Shown: piece by piece, positions 44,464 to 54,037 of the stretch | How positions within the stretch are numbered: the stretch's first letter is position 1 | How the letters are laid out: every line of letters begins with the position of its first letter | From: an uncultured Granulosicoccaceae bacterium | GTDB taxonomy: Bacteria; Pseudomonadota; Gammaproteobacteria; Granulosicoccales; Granulosicoccaceae | DNA: 64,000 nt | Direction: 5' to 3' | NCBI GenBank assembly: GCA_937951215.1 | Contig: CALFCE010000205.1 | Coordinates: 51-64,050, forward strand | The notes under the pieces: model-generated | What the model was told of the DNA's origin: nothing | The model's database searches: none | Seen by the model: the letters and a program-made list of their open reading frames with translations, nothing else | Position numbers and translations under genes: made by a program

Positions 44464-45820
44464 TGTCGCCTGTCTTGGTCATGGAACTTGCGCCATCGCC
44501 GGCAGTTTTGGTTTTTTTAGGTGAACGTCGGCGCTTGCGACGCTTGCGCCCTTTTGTCTTGTTTCGCCCTTCAGTGCCCCAGTATTTGCGGACGCTTTGT
44601 TTGTTCTCACAAAAATCCGGCTGGTCTTCCGGATCCAGTTCCTGTACCTCAGTCCACCAATCTGCACATTCCTGCAAATCACTGTCGAAGCGCGCGCGTA
44701 AACAGAGAAAATCATAGGCTGCACGAAACCTTCGGCTCTCAAGCAGCGACAAGGCTCGTTTGCCAACATACAGTTCGAGCTGCGGTTGCATCAACCAGAT
44801 TTCCCGCATTGGCCCGGAGAAGCGCTTTGGTATCGACGTCACTCGCAGCTGCGAAGGCAATACCCGATCACTGGCCTGCCACAACGATTCCGACGGAGAT
44901 TGCCCCTGCTTCATTGCTGCCTGTGCAATCTCGAAAATATCACCCCACAACATAAATGCCAGCAAATAATACGGAGTTACCGGTTTGCCCTCGGCAATTC
45001 GCACATCTGTGTTGTGTAACGCAGCATGCAGGATTTCCAATTCGTTTTCAGCCTGATTCTTCAGGCGTGCATCCGTTGCCGGAAACAGATAGCACAACAA
45101 ATCCAGTTCTCGCAGCCGCTCAAAACTCTTCAGGGCGTAGCCACCCTGAAACAGTTTCAGCACTTCCTCGAAAAGCCTTGCGGGTGGGACAGATCTGAGC
45201 TCTGGTGCAACCTCATGCATGGCATCGAGAGTTGGCTCATCAATAAAAAAATCGAGCTTTGCCGACAGCCGGGCAGCACGCAGCACTCTGACAGGATCTT
45301 CCTCACAACGCTGTCGAGGCTCACCGATAAGGCGAAACAGACGTTGCTCAAGATCCGCCATGGCACCGACAAAATCCACAATGGAATCGTCAGCGATATT
45401 GTAATAAAGCGCGTTGACAGTGAAGTCGCGTCTGAATGCATCATCTTCTATGCTGCCAAACACATTATCCCTGACAATGCGCCCACCATCAGCAACTTCA
45501 CCACCAGCTCCGCTGGCATGATCTGCACGGAAGGTAGCTACCTCTATCATTTCCCGGCCAAATAACACGTGCACCAACCGGAAGCGTCTACCGATAATGC
45601 GGGAATTGCGTGGGAACAATGACTTGACTTCTTCCGGGCTGGCATTGGTCGCCACATCAAAGTCTTTCGGAGAGAGCCCAAGCAAGGCATCGCGTACGCC
45701 GCCACCGACCAGATAGCTGGCAAACCCAGCATCATGCAGACGCTGCAATACTTTCAGAGCATTGTTGCTAAGATCTTCGCGCGATACGCTGTGCGCGGAA
45801 CGGGGGATTATGTCAGGAAT
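44453..45820 (-). CDS. pcnB: poly(A) polymerase I, probable non-canonical (AUU/AUA/AUC) start
   Basis: LVGGGVRDALLG..PKDFDVATNA..RRFRLVHV. The conserved IIPRSAHSVSREDLSNNALKVLQRL lies upstream of the first TTG (45748). It is bounded by an in-frame TAG at 45827-45829 and contains no ATG, GTG or TTG. Confidence 0.88.
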   Translation of the reverse strand: MPDIIPRSAHSVSREDLSNNALKVLQRLHDAGFASYLVGGGVRDALLGLSPKDFDVATNASPEEVKSLFPRNSRIIGRRFRLVHVLFGREMIEVATFRADHASGAGGEVADGGRIVRDNVFGSIEDDAFRRDFTVNALYYNIADDSIVDFVGAMADLEQRLFRLIGEPRQRCEEDPVRVLRAARLSAKLDFFIDEPTLDAMHEVAPELRSVPPARLFEEVLKLFQGGYALKSFERLRELDLLCYLFPATDARLKNQAENELEILHAALHNTDVRIAEGKPVTPYYLLAFMLWGDIFEIAQAAMKQGQSPSESLWQASDRVLPSQLRVTSIPKRFSGPMREIWLMQPQLELYVGKRALSLLESRRFRAAYDFLCLRARFDSDLQECADWWTEVQELDPEDQPDFCENKQSVRKYWGTEGRNKTKGRKRRKRRRSPKKTKTAGDGASSMTKTGDNGG

Positions 45821-45985
45821 GGCCTTCTAACCTGGAATTGAACACCGGATTGGTGCGGCAAACACCTTGCAGCGAGTGCCGCTGTGGCGTTGAACTATAG
45901 AGTGCTGGTAGCCGTTTCGCAAGTTCCTGCGCTGCACCAACCATCACTCCCGAGATCAGGAGTGACAGCCCCCAAAAGCTTGCTG

Positions 45986-46372
<387 letters not shown>

Positions 46373-47563
46373 CTATTTTGGAGTAGAAGAGATACGGTGA
46401 ATACTAAGATCTGCTCCAGCATATTCTTCTTCTTCGTTAAGACGTATTCCTATCGTCAACTTTAGCAGGCCATAGATCACAAGACCTGCTATCAACGCAT
46501 ACAGAATACCAATAAGTGTCCCAATCAGCTGGGAAGCGAGCGTCACACCGCCCATACCACCGAGTTTTTCAAGGCCGAAAATTCCAGCCGCGATGCCACC
46601 CCATGCTCCACACAAACCATGCAGAGGCCATACGCCAAGAACATCGTCAACTCTCCAGCGATTTTGTGCAAGCGTGAAGGTTACAACAAACAGAACACCA
46701 GCCACGGAACCGGTGGCCAGCGCCCCGAGCGGATGCATAATGTCTGAGCCAGCACAGACTGCTACCAGGCCAGCCAGCGGACCGTTATGCAAAAAGCCGG
46801 GATCATTCTTGCCGGCAAACAGCGCAGCCAACAATCCACCGACCATCGCCATCAGCGAGTTCATCGCCACCAGACCGCTGACAGCTTCAACTGCCTGCGC
46901 TGACATCACGTTAAACCCAAACCAGCCAACCGTCAGTATCCATGCACCCAGGGCCAGAAAAGGAATGCTCGATGGCGGATGAGCCATTTTTACCTTGCCA
47001 TCCGCGGTGTATCGACCGTTGCGTGCTCCCAGCATCAAGACTGCGCCCAAGGCAAGCCAGCCTCCGACGCCGTGTACAACAATGGAACCGGCGAAGTCGT
47101 GGAATTCAGCTCCACCCAGCTTGGCAATTTGATCCTGCAGACCAAACCTGCCGTTCCAGACTGCCCCTTCGAATACAGGGTAAATAAAGGCGACGATCAA
47201 AAGGGACGCAAACAACTGGGGATAAAACCGAGCCCGTTCGGCGATTCCTCCGGAAATAATGGCCGGGATCGCTGCTGCAAAGGTCAGTAAAAAGAAAAAT
47301 TTGACCAGCTCGTAGCCACTGTTAACGTTCAGTTCTGCTGCCGGCTGCAGGAAGCCCGTGCCATAGGCAATTTGATAACCAATAAAAAAGTAGGCAATTG
47401 TTGAAACCCCGAAATCGGAGAAAATTTTCGACAAGGCATTTACCTGATTTTTTTCTCGCACCGTGCCCACCTCAAGAAAGGCAAACCCGGCATGCATCCA
47501 AAGCACCAAAATGGCGCCCATCAACACAAATAAAACATCAACACCTGACTGCAACGATTCCAT
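46373..47563 (-). CDS. amt: ammonium transporter
   Basis: Eleven-TM Amt/MEP family with AGFAFLEVG, DFAGSIVVHGVGGW and VWPLHGLCGAWGG. Confidence 0.93.
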   Translation of the reverse strand: MESLQSGVDVLFVLMGAILVLWMHAGFAFLEVGTVREKNQVNALSKIFSDFGVSTIAYFFIGYQIAYGTGFLQPAAELNVNSGYELVKFFFLLTFAAAIPAIISGGIAERARFYPQLFASLLIVAFIYPVFEGAVWNGRFGLQDQIAKLGGAEFHDFAGSIVVHGVGGWLALGAVLMLGARNGRYTADGKVKMAHPPSSIPFLALGAWILTVGWFGFNVMSAQAVEAVSGLVAMNSLMAMVGGLLAALFAGKNDPGFLHNGPLAGLVAVCAGSDIMHPLGALATGSVAGVLFVVTFTLAQNRWRVDDVLGVWPLHGLCGAWGGIAAGIFGLEKLGGMGGVTLASQLIGTLIGILYALIAGLVIYGLLKLTIGIRLNEEEEYAGADLSIHRISSTPK

Positions 47564-47587
47564 TAAGCCCCCTTATAGAGCGTTTTT

Positions 47588-47604
47588 TGCACTTTTTTAG
47601 TGCA
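47588..47604. promoter_or_regulatory. 17-bp palindrome TGCACT-N5-AGTGCA (NtrC-half-site-like) just upstream of the amt SD
   Basis: The perfect inverted repeat resembles the NtrC consensus TGCACC-N5-GGTGCA. Its position (25-41 nt before the ATG) is atypical for an enhancer. Confidence 0.3.
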
Positions 47605-47702
47605 GTTATACTAGAAACAGGATTTGAGAGAAAATTAATCTTATATTTATCAATAAGATAAAATCTTACTCATCAAGGCTGGATACTAACTCACTATAAT
47701 GG

Positions 47703-47718
47703 GGCAATTGATGTACCG
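47703..47718 (-). promoter_or_regulatory. candidate sigma54 promoter for amt-glnK
   Basis: The minus strand reads CGGTAC-ATCAA-TTGCC, against TGGCAC-N5-TTGCA. GG and GC fall at the correct spacing. It lies about 140 nt upstream of the amt ATG. Confidence 0.35.
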
Positions 47719-47725
47719 ACTTGAT

Positions 47726-48148
47726 TCAACTGTCTTCCTGACCTGAATCCCGGTCTGTTCTGAAACGAATAATTTGCCGTCTCTGGCGCTTGCTGGGCCT
47801 GCCCTCACCACGCAGCCCACTATTGATGCTGCGCTCGGCTCGAAGCGTCTGGCTGACCTCATTCCGTTTTTCAATACTTTCGGCCGTCTCTTCATAAAGC
47901 AGGCGTGCGGTGGACGCAGGACCACGCTGATCACTCAGGCCAAGCACGATCAATTCAAACCGGTAAGGGTGTTTGGTCACCGTGAGCCTGTCCCCGACCT
48001 GCAGCTGACGGGCGGGCTTAACCCGTTGTTCATTAACTGTCACCCGACCTTTCTGGATCTCGGATGAAGCCAGCGATCGTGTCTTGTGGAATCGGGCAGC
48101 CCACAACCATTTATCCACTCGAACAGAGGAAATTTCTTTGTCTGTCAT
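47726..48148 (-). CDS. hslR: heat-shock protein 15 (S4-domain ribosome-associated protein)
   Basis: VRVDKWLWAARFHKTRSLASSEIQKGRVTVN...VKPARQLQVGD. Confidence 0.9.
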   Translation of the reverse strand: MTDKEISSVRVDKWLWAARFHKTRSLASSEIQKGRVTVNEQRVKPARQLQVGDRLTVTKHPYRFELIVLGLSDQRGPASTARLLYEETAESIEKRNEVSQTLRAERSINSGLRGEGRPSKRQRRQIIRFRTDRDSGQEDS

Positions 48149-48276
48149 GCAGCCCCCCTCAACGCTTTAACGATGTAAAATTACAGCATCAGCTTTCATG
48201 TTGTTGCACTGACACCGCTGGAAACAGGTGTAACAGATAAAAGCCTCCAGTGTTCACAAACCGGTCACCCAAACCA

Positions 48277-48564
48277 ATGCAGTGTTACGTTTATCGGAGT
48301 TCAAAGGAAGAGGGCTTGTACGTCTATGTGAAGGATAAAAACGCGCTGGAGTCTCTACCCCAACCCGTTTTACACAAGCTCGGTGAACCCGAGCTGGCAC
48401 TGGAATTTGAACTGTCCCCCGAACGCAAATTAGGACAGGAAAATGCTGCTGACATCATTGCCAGCCTGGAGACCCAGGGCTTCCACATTCAGATGCCACG
48501 CAATATCGAGGAATTGCTTACCCGTGTGTCAAACTCGACAACGGGATCTGACAGCAGCAGCTAG
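48277..48564 (+). CDS. YcgL-domain protein
   Basis: MQCYVYRSSKEEGLYVYV.....LPQPVLHKLGEP...EL.....L...NAADIIASLETQGFHIQMP. Confidence 0.8.
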   Translation: MQCYVYRSSKEEGLYVYVKDKNALESLPQPVLHKLGEPELALEFELSPERKLGQENAADIIASLETQGFHIQMPRNIEELLTRVSNSTTGSDSSS

Positions 48565-48579
48565 AGGGCCTGAAGCGCC

Positions 48580-48645
48580 CCTGGGTCGCACCGGGGCCGT
48601 CCTTGGGCCGCAACTGGGTCGCCCTTGGGCCAACCCTTGGGCCGG
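48580..48645. repeat. GC-rich degenerate direct repeats (CCTTGGGCC core) between convergent ycgL and cytochrome c4
   Basis: CCTGGGTCGCACCGGGGCCGT, CCTTGGGCCGCAACTGGGTCGC, CCTTGGGCCAAC, CCTTGGGCCGG. Confidence 0.7.
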
Positions 48646-48662
48646 AAAACAAGCAGTGTGGC

Positions 48663-49277
48663 CTACGGAGTTGTTGCTGTTCTTAGCCCGCTTTTCTGTG
48701 AGGCAAAATACTCTGCGAGGTCTTTTATGTCCTTTTTGCTCAGCTGGGCTGCAAAACCGCTCATTATCGCGTTTTCACGCGTGCCGTCTTTGTAAGATGT
48801 CAAAGCCTGACGCAGATAGCTTTTATACTGTCCTGCCAGCCTGGGGTTGGTTGGCTGGTTGGAATTTCCGTCAGCTCCGTGACAGGCAGCGCAAGTAGCA
48901 GCAGCATCAAGCGCTGGCGCTCCGGTAGCAGGTTCGGGGTTATCCCCACCTTCGCTGGCAAAGTACTTGGCGATATCAGCAATGTCCTGATCAGAAAGCA
49001 GTGCGGCATTTGCCTGCATTGACTGGTGGCTGCGTGTTTTGCTGCGGTAGGCTTTCAATGCCGACACCAGATACGCCTCATGTTGCCCTGCAATACGGGG
49101 TACATGATAGGTCGGGTAGGTGTTGACATAGTGTTTGACACCATGGCAACCAAGACAGGTATAAGCTTTCTGCGCACCTGCAGCTGCATCGCCTTCGGCA
49201 TGCACATTGAGCGAGAACAGCGATACAGCTATTGCACCCAGTACGAGCTTAACGAGTAGGGTCGGTCTCATGGTCAA
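48663..49277 (-). CDS. dihaem cytochrome c4
   Basis: Signal peptide, two CxxCH sites (CLGCH, CAACH) and a duplicated domain layout. Confidence 0.9.
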   Translation of the reverse strand: MTMRPTLLVKLVLGAIAVSLFSLNVHAEGDAAAGAQKAYTCLGCHGVKHYVNTYPTYHVPRIAGQHEAYLVSALKAYRSKTRSHQSMQANAALLSDQDIADIAKYFASEGGDNPEPATGAPALDAAATCAACHGADGNSNQPTNPRLAGQYKSYLRQALTSYKDGTRENAIMSGFAAQLSKKDIKDLAEYFASQKSGLRTATTP

Positions 49278-49292
49278 ATTCCCAATTATTGC

Positions 49293-49369
49293 CTAGAAGC
49301 CATCTCAAAATCGATCCTGCACGCAATCTTGATCTTGCGCACATGCTCTGATTTTGAGATGGCTTCTAG
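49293..49369. repeat. perfect 20-bp inverted repeat with a 37-nt spacer
   Basis: CTAGAAGCCATCTCAAAATC (49293-49312) and GATTTTGAGATGGCTTCTAG (49350-49369). On the plus strand it is followed by the T-rich TTGTTTCTGTTGTTGTTTTTCG. Confidence 0.9.
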
Positions 49370-49514
49370 TTGTTTCTGTTGTTGTTTTTCGAATACCGGC
49401 CCGCAGAGACCGGAACAATGGTTATATTCTAGCCTGTGAACAGCCCAAGCAACAGCCCGAACACCGATTATCTCGCCCGCTTATCCGGGCGCAGGGAATT
49501 CATTCAAGCCAGGG

Positions 49515-51434
49515 TCAATCAGCGTGCAGTGCCAAAAACATCTCGTTCATCCTTTTAACAAAGCCTGCTCCGTCATCCAGCTGCCCACCATCAGCCAACA
49601 TAGCCTGATCCAGCAACAACTCTGACCAGTTGCCGAACTTGTCTTCGTCAGCTTCCCGATCAAGCAATTGCAATATCGGGTGGGAGGGATTAATTTCCAG
49701 TATCGGACGGCTGTCAGGTACTTCGTGTCCGGCCTGTTTCATCAACTGCTGCATATGCAAAGCCATTTCCTGCTCCCCCAGTACCACACAAGCGGGAGAG
49801 GACGTCAGGCGTTTGGATACCCTGACATCACTGGTTTTTTCACTCAACACCTCTTTGATACGTTTGACCAGGCTGGCCGACGCATCATCATCCTCGGTAC
49901 TGTCTTCGTCATCAGCCTTGCCGTCTTTATCAAGCCCCACTCCCTTCAAGTCGAGCTCACCCTTGGCAACCGAGACCAGACTCTTGCCTTCAAACTCATT
50001 CAGGTAAGACATCATCCACTCATCAACACGGTCGTGCATTAACAAGACTTCAATGGATTTCTCACGGAACACTTCCAGATGCGGGCTGTTGCTCGCGGCC
50101 TGATAGCTGTCTGCTGTGATGTAATAGATTTTTTCCTGACCCGGCTGCATGCGCGCGATGTAATCCTGCAATCCGACCAGCTCACCTTCTTTGTCAGCCT
50201 TTGTGGAATCAAACCTGTAGAGCTTGGCAACCTGCTCGCGATTGGCAAAATCTTCACCCGGCGCTTCCTTCAGGCAGCGACCAAATTCTTTCCAGAAATC
50301 CTTGTACTTTTCCGGCTCCTTGTCGGCCAGATTTTCCAGCAATGACAGAACTTTTTTAACAGACCCGGAACGGATGCTGTCGATCACCTTGTTGTTTTGC
50401 AGAATTTCGCGTGACACATTGAGCGGCAAATCATTGGAGTCAACGATCCCCTTAACAAACCGCAAGTAGCGAGGCATGAGCTTTTCAGCCTCGTCCATAA
50501 TAAACACCCGCTGCACAAACAACTTTATCCCGTGCTGGTTTTGCGCATCATACAAATCGAAGGGGGCATTGCCCGGGATGAACAGTAACGAGGTGTATTC
50601 CTGCGTGCCCTCAACCCGATTGTGAGTCCAGGCCAATGGATCCTGATAGTCGTGACACACCTGCTTGTAAAAGTCTTTGTAGTCTTCATCGCTGATATCG
50701 CTCTTCGGGCGGGACCACAGCGCAGAGGCTGCATTGACCTGTTCGAGCTCGGGTGCTGCTGGCTCTTCACCTTCTGCGGCAGGCGCAGGATCGCCCAGCA
50801 TCATGATCGGGAAGGTAATATGATCCGAGTACTTCTTGATAATGCTTTTCAGACGCCAGCTGCTGAGAAACTCGCTGCAGTCTGGCTTGATGTGCAAAAT
50901 GACTTCGGTGCCCCGCTCCGGCATCTCGATTTTTTCAAGTGTATAACCACTGGCGCCATCGGATTCCCATTGCGTCCCCTCCGATGCGGCCTGCCCGGCA
51001 CGGCGAGTGCGCAAGGTTACCTTGTCCGCGACCACAAAGGCCGAATAGAAACCAACACCGAACTGGCCAATCATGCGAGCATCCGTTTTCTGGTCACCGG
51101 TCAGGGACTCAAGAAACTGACGTGTGCCGGAATTGGCTATGGTACCGATGTTGGCCACAACATCATCACGCGACATACCAATGCCATTGTCAGCAATGGA
51201 AATGGTTTTATTGTCTTCATCAAGCGATATGGTTACCGCAAGATCGCTGGCGTCCTGCAGACTATCGTCCGCCAACGACTCAAAACGCAGCTTGTCACAG
51301 GCATCGGAGGCGTTCGATATCAACTCACGCAGGAAGATTTCCTGATTGGAATAAAGTGAATGAATCATGAGCTTGAGCAGCTGGTTAACTTCAGCTTCAA
51401 AAGCCATATTCTGGGTGTCTGATGCGGTATTCAT
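49515..51434 (-). CDS. htpG: molecular chaperone HtpG (Hsp90)
   Basis: FEAEVNQLLKLMIHSLYSNQEIFLRELISNASDA, GQFGVGFYS. I take the ATG at 51434, which is preceded by GGAGG. The ORF opens at 51470. Confidence 0.95.
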   Translation of the reverse strand: MNTASDTQNMAFEAEVNQLLKLMIHSLYSNQEIFLRELISNASDACDKLRFESLADDSLQDASDLAVTISLDEDNKTISIADNGIGMSRDDVVANIGTIANSGTRQFLESLTGDQKTDARMIGQFGVGFYSAFVVADKVTLRTRRAGQAASEGTQWESDGASGYTLEKIEMPERGTEVILHIKPDCSEFLSSWRLKSIIKKYSDHITFPIMMLGDPAPAAEGEEPAAPELEQVNAASALWSRPKSDISDEDYKDFYKQVCHDYQDPLAWTHNRVEGTQEYTSLLFIPGNAPFDLYDAQNQHGIKLFVQRVFIMDEAEKLMPRYLRFVKGIVDSNDLPLNVSREILQNNKVIDSIRSGSVKKVLSLLENLADKEPEKYKDFWKEFGRCLKEAPGEDFANREQVAKLYRFDSTKADKEGELVGLQDYIARMQPGQEKIYYITADSYQAASNSPHLEVFREKSIEVLLMHDRVDEWMMSYLNEFEGKSLVSVAKGELDLKGVGLDKDGKADDEDSTEDDDASASLVKRIKEVLSEKTSDVRVSKRLTSSPACVVLGEQEMALHMQQLMKQAGHEVPDSRPILEINPSHPILQLLDREADEDKFGNWSELLLDQAMLADGGQLDDGAGFVKRMNEMFLALHAD

Positions 51435-51472
51435 ATCTGCCTCCCCTGTTGACACATGATTTGATTGCACAC

Positions 51473-51509
51473 TATTTACTGACTGCTTTGTATTTAGTGA
51501 CTGCTTTTG
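51473..51509. repeat. 18/19-bp x2 direct repeat upstream of htpG
   Basis: TATTTACTGACTGCTTTG followed by TATTTAGTGACTGCTTTTG. Confidence 0.8.
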
Positions 51510-51772
51510 TTCAGAATGTTACGAACGCGGTAGTCCCTTGATCAGCGCAGATGTATGGGCTTTACCCGGAAAAACAACATCCCCAGCGGCAATTAGGTAT
51601 GTCTGTAGCATCTGGATCAAATCGGGCGCACAACTAAACGGGCGAGTTTAAACGACTGGATTCATACGACTTAAGAGCCGGGAGCCGGCTCACGTCACCA
51701 GACTCTGCCGATTGGCTTGTCGAGTCTGGCTTGTGTGGGTCACCGAGAGTCAGTGCTGACGGTGACAGATAG

Positions 51773-52129
51773 TCAGAGCTTTTCCTTGATCCGTGCAGCA
51801 CGCCCGGTCAGACCACGCAGGTAGTAAAGCTTCGCACGCCGAACGTCACCGCGCCTTTTCACTTCAATTTCAGCAACGTTCGGGCTGTAGGTTTGAAATA
51901 CACGCTCCACGCCCTCGCCATGAGAAATTTTGCGAACCGTAAAAGCCGAGTTCAAGCCGCGGTTGCGCTTTGCTATCACGACACCCTCAAAGGCCTGCAG
52001 ACGTTCGCGATTGCCTTCCTTGACCCGAACCTGGACGACGACTGAATCACCGGATGAAAAATCCGGGATTTTCTTGTCCATCTGTTCCGCGTTGATCTGG
52101 TCGATGATCTTGCTCATGTCTGCCTTCAC
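51773..52129 (-). CDS. rplS: 50S ribosomal protein L19
   Basis: [46 protein letters not shown]. Confidence 0.96.
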   Translation of the reverse strand: MKADMSKIIDQINAEQMDKKIPDFSSGDSVVVQVRVKEGNRERLQAFEGVVIAKRNRGLNSAFTVRKISHGEGVERVFQTYSPNVAEIEVKRRGDVRRAKLYYLRGLTGRAARIKEKL

Positions 52130-52170
52130 CTATTCAAAATTCTGTAGTCAATATTGCTGATCGTGACCAG

Positions 52171-52944
52171 CTATTCCTGATCACGGTCACAAGCCGCTTC
52201 ACGTTGAAGCTGCTCCAAAAAAAGTCTGTCACTGTCTGTCAACACGGCCTCGTCCAGAAGATCCGGCCTGCGCTGCATGGTTCTCTGCAGTGCCTGTTGT
52301 CGGCGCCATTGCCTGATACGCGCATGATCACCGCTAAGAAGCACTTCCGGTACTTGCCGTTCATCCAGCAACTCCGGTCTTGTGTAGTGAGGATGGTCCA
52401 ACAGGCCTTCCTCACCAAACGAATCCTGCTGCACCGATTCTGCACAACCGAGTACGTCGGGCAGCAGTCTCGATAAACTGTCCAGTAACACCATCGCAGC
52501 GGCCTCACCGCCACTGAGCACATAGTCGCCAATCGACAGCTCGCGATCTATTTCATGCCCAAGCAATCGCTCATCGATGCCTTCATACCGCCCCGCGAGC
52601 AACACCAGGGAAGGCCTGGTCGCAAGGTCACGCACCAGTGCCTGATTCAGACGCTCACCCTGTGGACTCAGGTAGATGACCTCGGGAGGTGCTGTTTCCT
52701 CCTCTGCCACTGCCCACTCACGAGCAGCAGTCAGTGCAGCAGTCAGCGGCTCGACCTTCATGACCATGCCAGGGCCGCCACCGAAAGGCCTGTCATCTAC
52801 TGTGCGATGAGCATCAGTAGTGAAATCTCGCGGATTGATGGCCTGAACCTGCATTTGCTGCACGGCAACCGCTTTACGAGGAATGCCGTATTGCATAAAC
52901 GTGTCGATCAGCTCAGGGAACAGACTGACTACGCCGACTTTCAC
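52171..52944 (-). CDS. trmD: tRNA (guanine37-N1)-methyltransferase
   Basis: VVSLFPE, DDRPFGGGPGMVM, LLAGRYEGIDERL, SIGDYVLSGGE. Confidence 0.95.
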   Translation of the reverse strand: MKVGVVSLFPELIDTFMQYGIPRKAVAVQQMQVQAINPRDFTTDAHRTVDDRPFGGGPGMVMKVEPLTAALTAAREWAVAEEETAPPEVIYLSPQGERLNQALVRDLATRPSLVLLAGRYEGIDERLLGHEIDRELSIGDYVLSGGEAAAMVLLDSLSRLLPDVLGCAESVQQDSFGEEGLLDHPHYTRPELLDERQVPEVLLSGDHARIRQWRRQQALQRTMQRRPDLLDEAVLTDSDRLFLEQLQREAACDRDQE

Positions 52945-52974
52945 TGTATGCTCTCGCGCTGTATCGGCGCAGCG

Positions 52975-53640
52975 TTAATAATCAGGGTCCCAGTCGACCA
53001 CTATTTTGCGTTGCTGCATCAGCACTTCCTGCACAACCGAGCCTTTTATCCAGGGAATCAGGATTTCCGACTCCGTTCCCGTGACTGTGCCCTCGCTGCC
53101 AGCACCTGACGCAACATCTGACACAGCACTCACGACCATGACATCGTTGGCCCCGGTCTCAAACATTCTCTCCAGGGTTCCAAAAGCCCGACCATCTGTC
53201 GCGACAACTTCGAACCCCAGCAAATCCGACCAATAGTATTCATCGTCAGGCAACGGCGGCAATTGATCACGCTCGACCGCAATTGTGCAACCTACCAGCT
53301 CTCTGGCAGCATCGCGATCAGTCACACCGGCCAGCTGTACGACAACATTTTTGCCTTGTTCTCGCCCCTTGACGACCTCATAGCGTTTCCACGGCCCGCC
53401 TTTGCGGGACAGATACCACTGCTGGTATTTAACTATGTTGACGCGAGGAGCTGTTTCTGAGAACACCTTGTTCCAGCCGTGCACGCCAAATACACCGTTT
53501 ACCTCGCCCAGCACCAGCTTGGTTGTTGCTGATTCAGTGGATCCAGACTCGGACCCAAACTCCGACTCAAATTCGGACCCAAATTCAGACCCAGGCTCGC
53601 TGGACTCTGTGCTGGACACAAGCCCGGAAGACGGTATCAA
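52975..53640 (-). CDS. rimM: 16S rRNA processing protein RimM (an acidic S/E/F/G repeat leader of about 40 aa if the TTG at 53640 is used)
   Basis: The core is [20 protein letters not shown]...[12 protein letters not shown]. An alternative GTG start at 53514 would place the repeat in the rpsP-rimM spacer. Confidence 0.85.
   Translation of the reverse strand: MIPSSGLVSSTESSEPGSEFGSEFESEFGSESGSTESATTKLVLGEVNGVFGVHGWNKVFSETAPRVNIVKYQQWYLSRKGGPWKRYEVVKGREQGKNVVVQLAGVTDRDAARELVGCTIAVERDQLPPLPDDEYYWSDLLGFEVVATDGRAFGTLERMFETGANDVMVVSAVSDVASGAGSEGTVTGTESEILIPWIKGSVVQEVLMQQRKIVVDWDPDY
53540..53599 (-). repeat. 12-bp x5 tandem repeat at the rimM 5' end
   Basis: Plus-strand units are GATCCAGACTCG, GACCCAAACTCC, GACTCAAATTCG, GACCCAAATTCA, GACCCAGGCTCG. 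If translated they encode [21 protein letters not shown]. Confidence 0.88.
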
Positions 53641-53897
53641 GCCTCGGCTGAAGCTTCTTTGCGATACGCTTTGACTATATTCTTTACCCTGGCACTGAGC
53701 TGTGCGCCGTGCCCGACCCAGTGATCGACCCTTTCGAGATCCATTTTTACCGGAGTTGAACTACCGCGTGCAACCGGGTTGTAGTACCCGAGCCTCTCAA
53801 TGTACCGGCCATCACGACGAGCACGACTGTCCGTCGCCACGATGTGGTAGAAGGGCTGTTTTTTAGCGCCGCTGCGCGAAAGACGAATTGTGACCAT
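53637..53897 (-). CDS. rpsP: 30S ribosomal protein S16
   Basis: [41 protein letters not shown]. Confidence 0.96.
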   Translation of the reverse strand: MVTIRLSRSGAKKQPFYHIVATDSRARRDGRYIERLGYYNPVARGSSTPVKMDLERVDHWVGHGAQLSARVKNIVKAYRKEASAEA

Positions 53898-54037
53898 AAC
53901 TTGGCGATCCAGAATCGGATGACATCCCGATCAATTTCGATGCGGGAAAACCGTTAATTGTACCTGAGAATTCTCAGTTGTGAAGAGTTCAGCAGAGGTT
54001 TTAGGCAAATTTCCTGTCAGACGACTCAGTTTGCAAG

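Noticed and set aside
47580-47610. Sigma54 promoter reading CTGCAC...TGCA on the minus strand
   Set aside because: The spacing between the GG-equivalent and GC elements is 2 nt too long, and the GG is replaced by TG. I kept it only as a palindrome and prefer the element at 47703-47718 as the sigma54 candidate.
48443-48898. 151-aa plus-strand ORF spanning the GC-rich repeat patch
   Set aside because: It begins inside ycgL in another frame, crosses the spacer and runs antisense into cytochrome c4. Its apparent LG(R/P) periodicity is just the DNA repeat.
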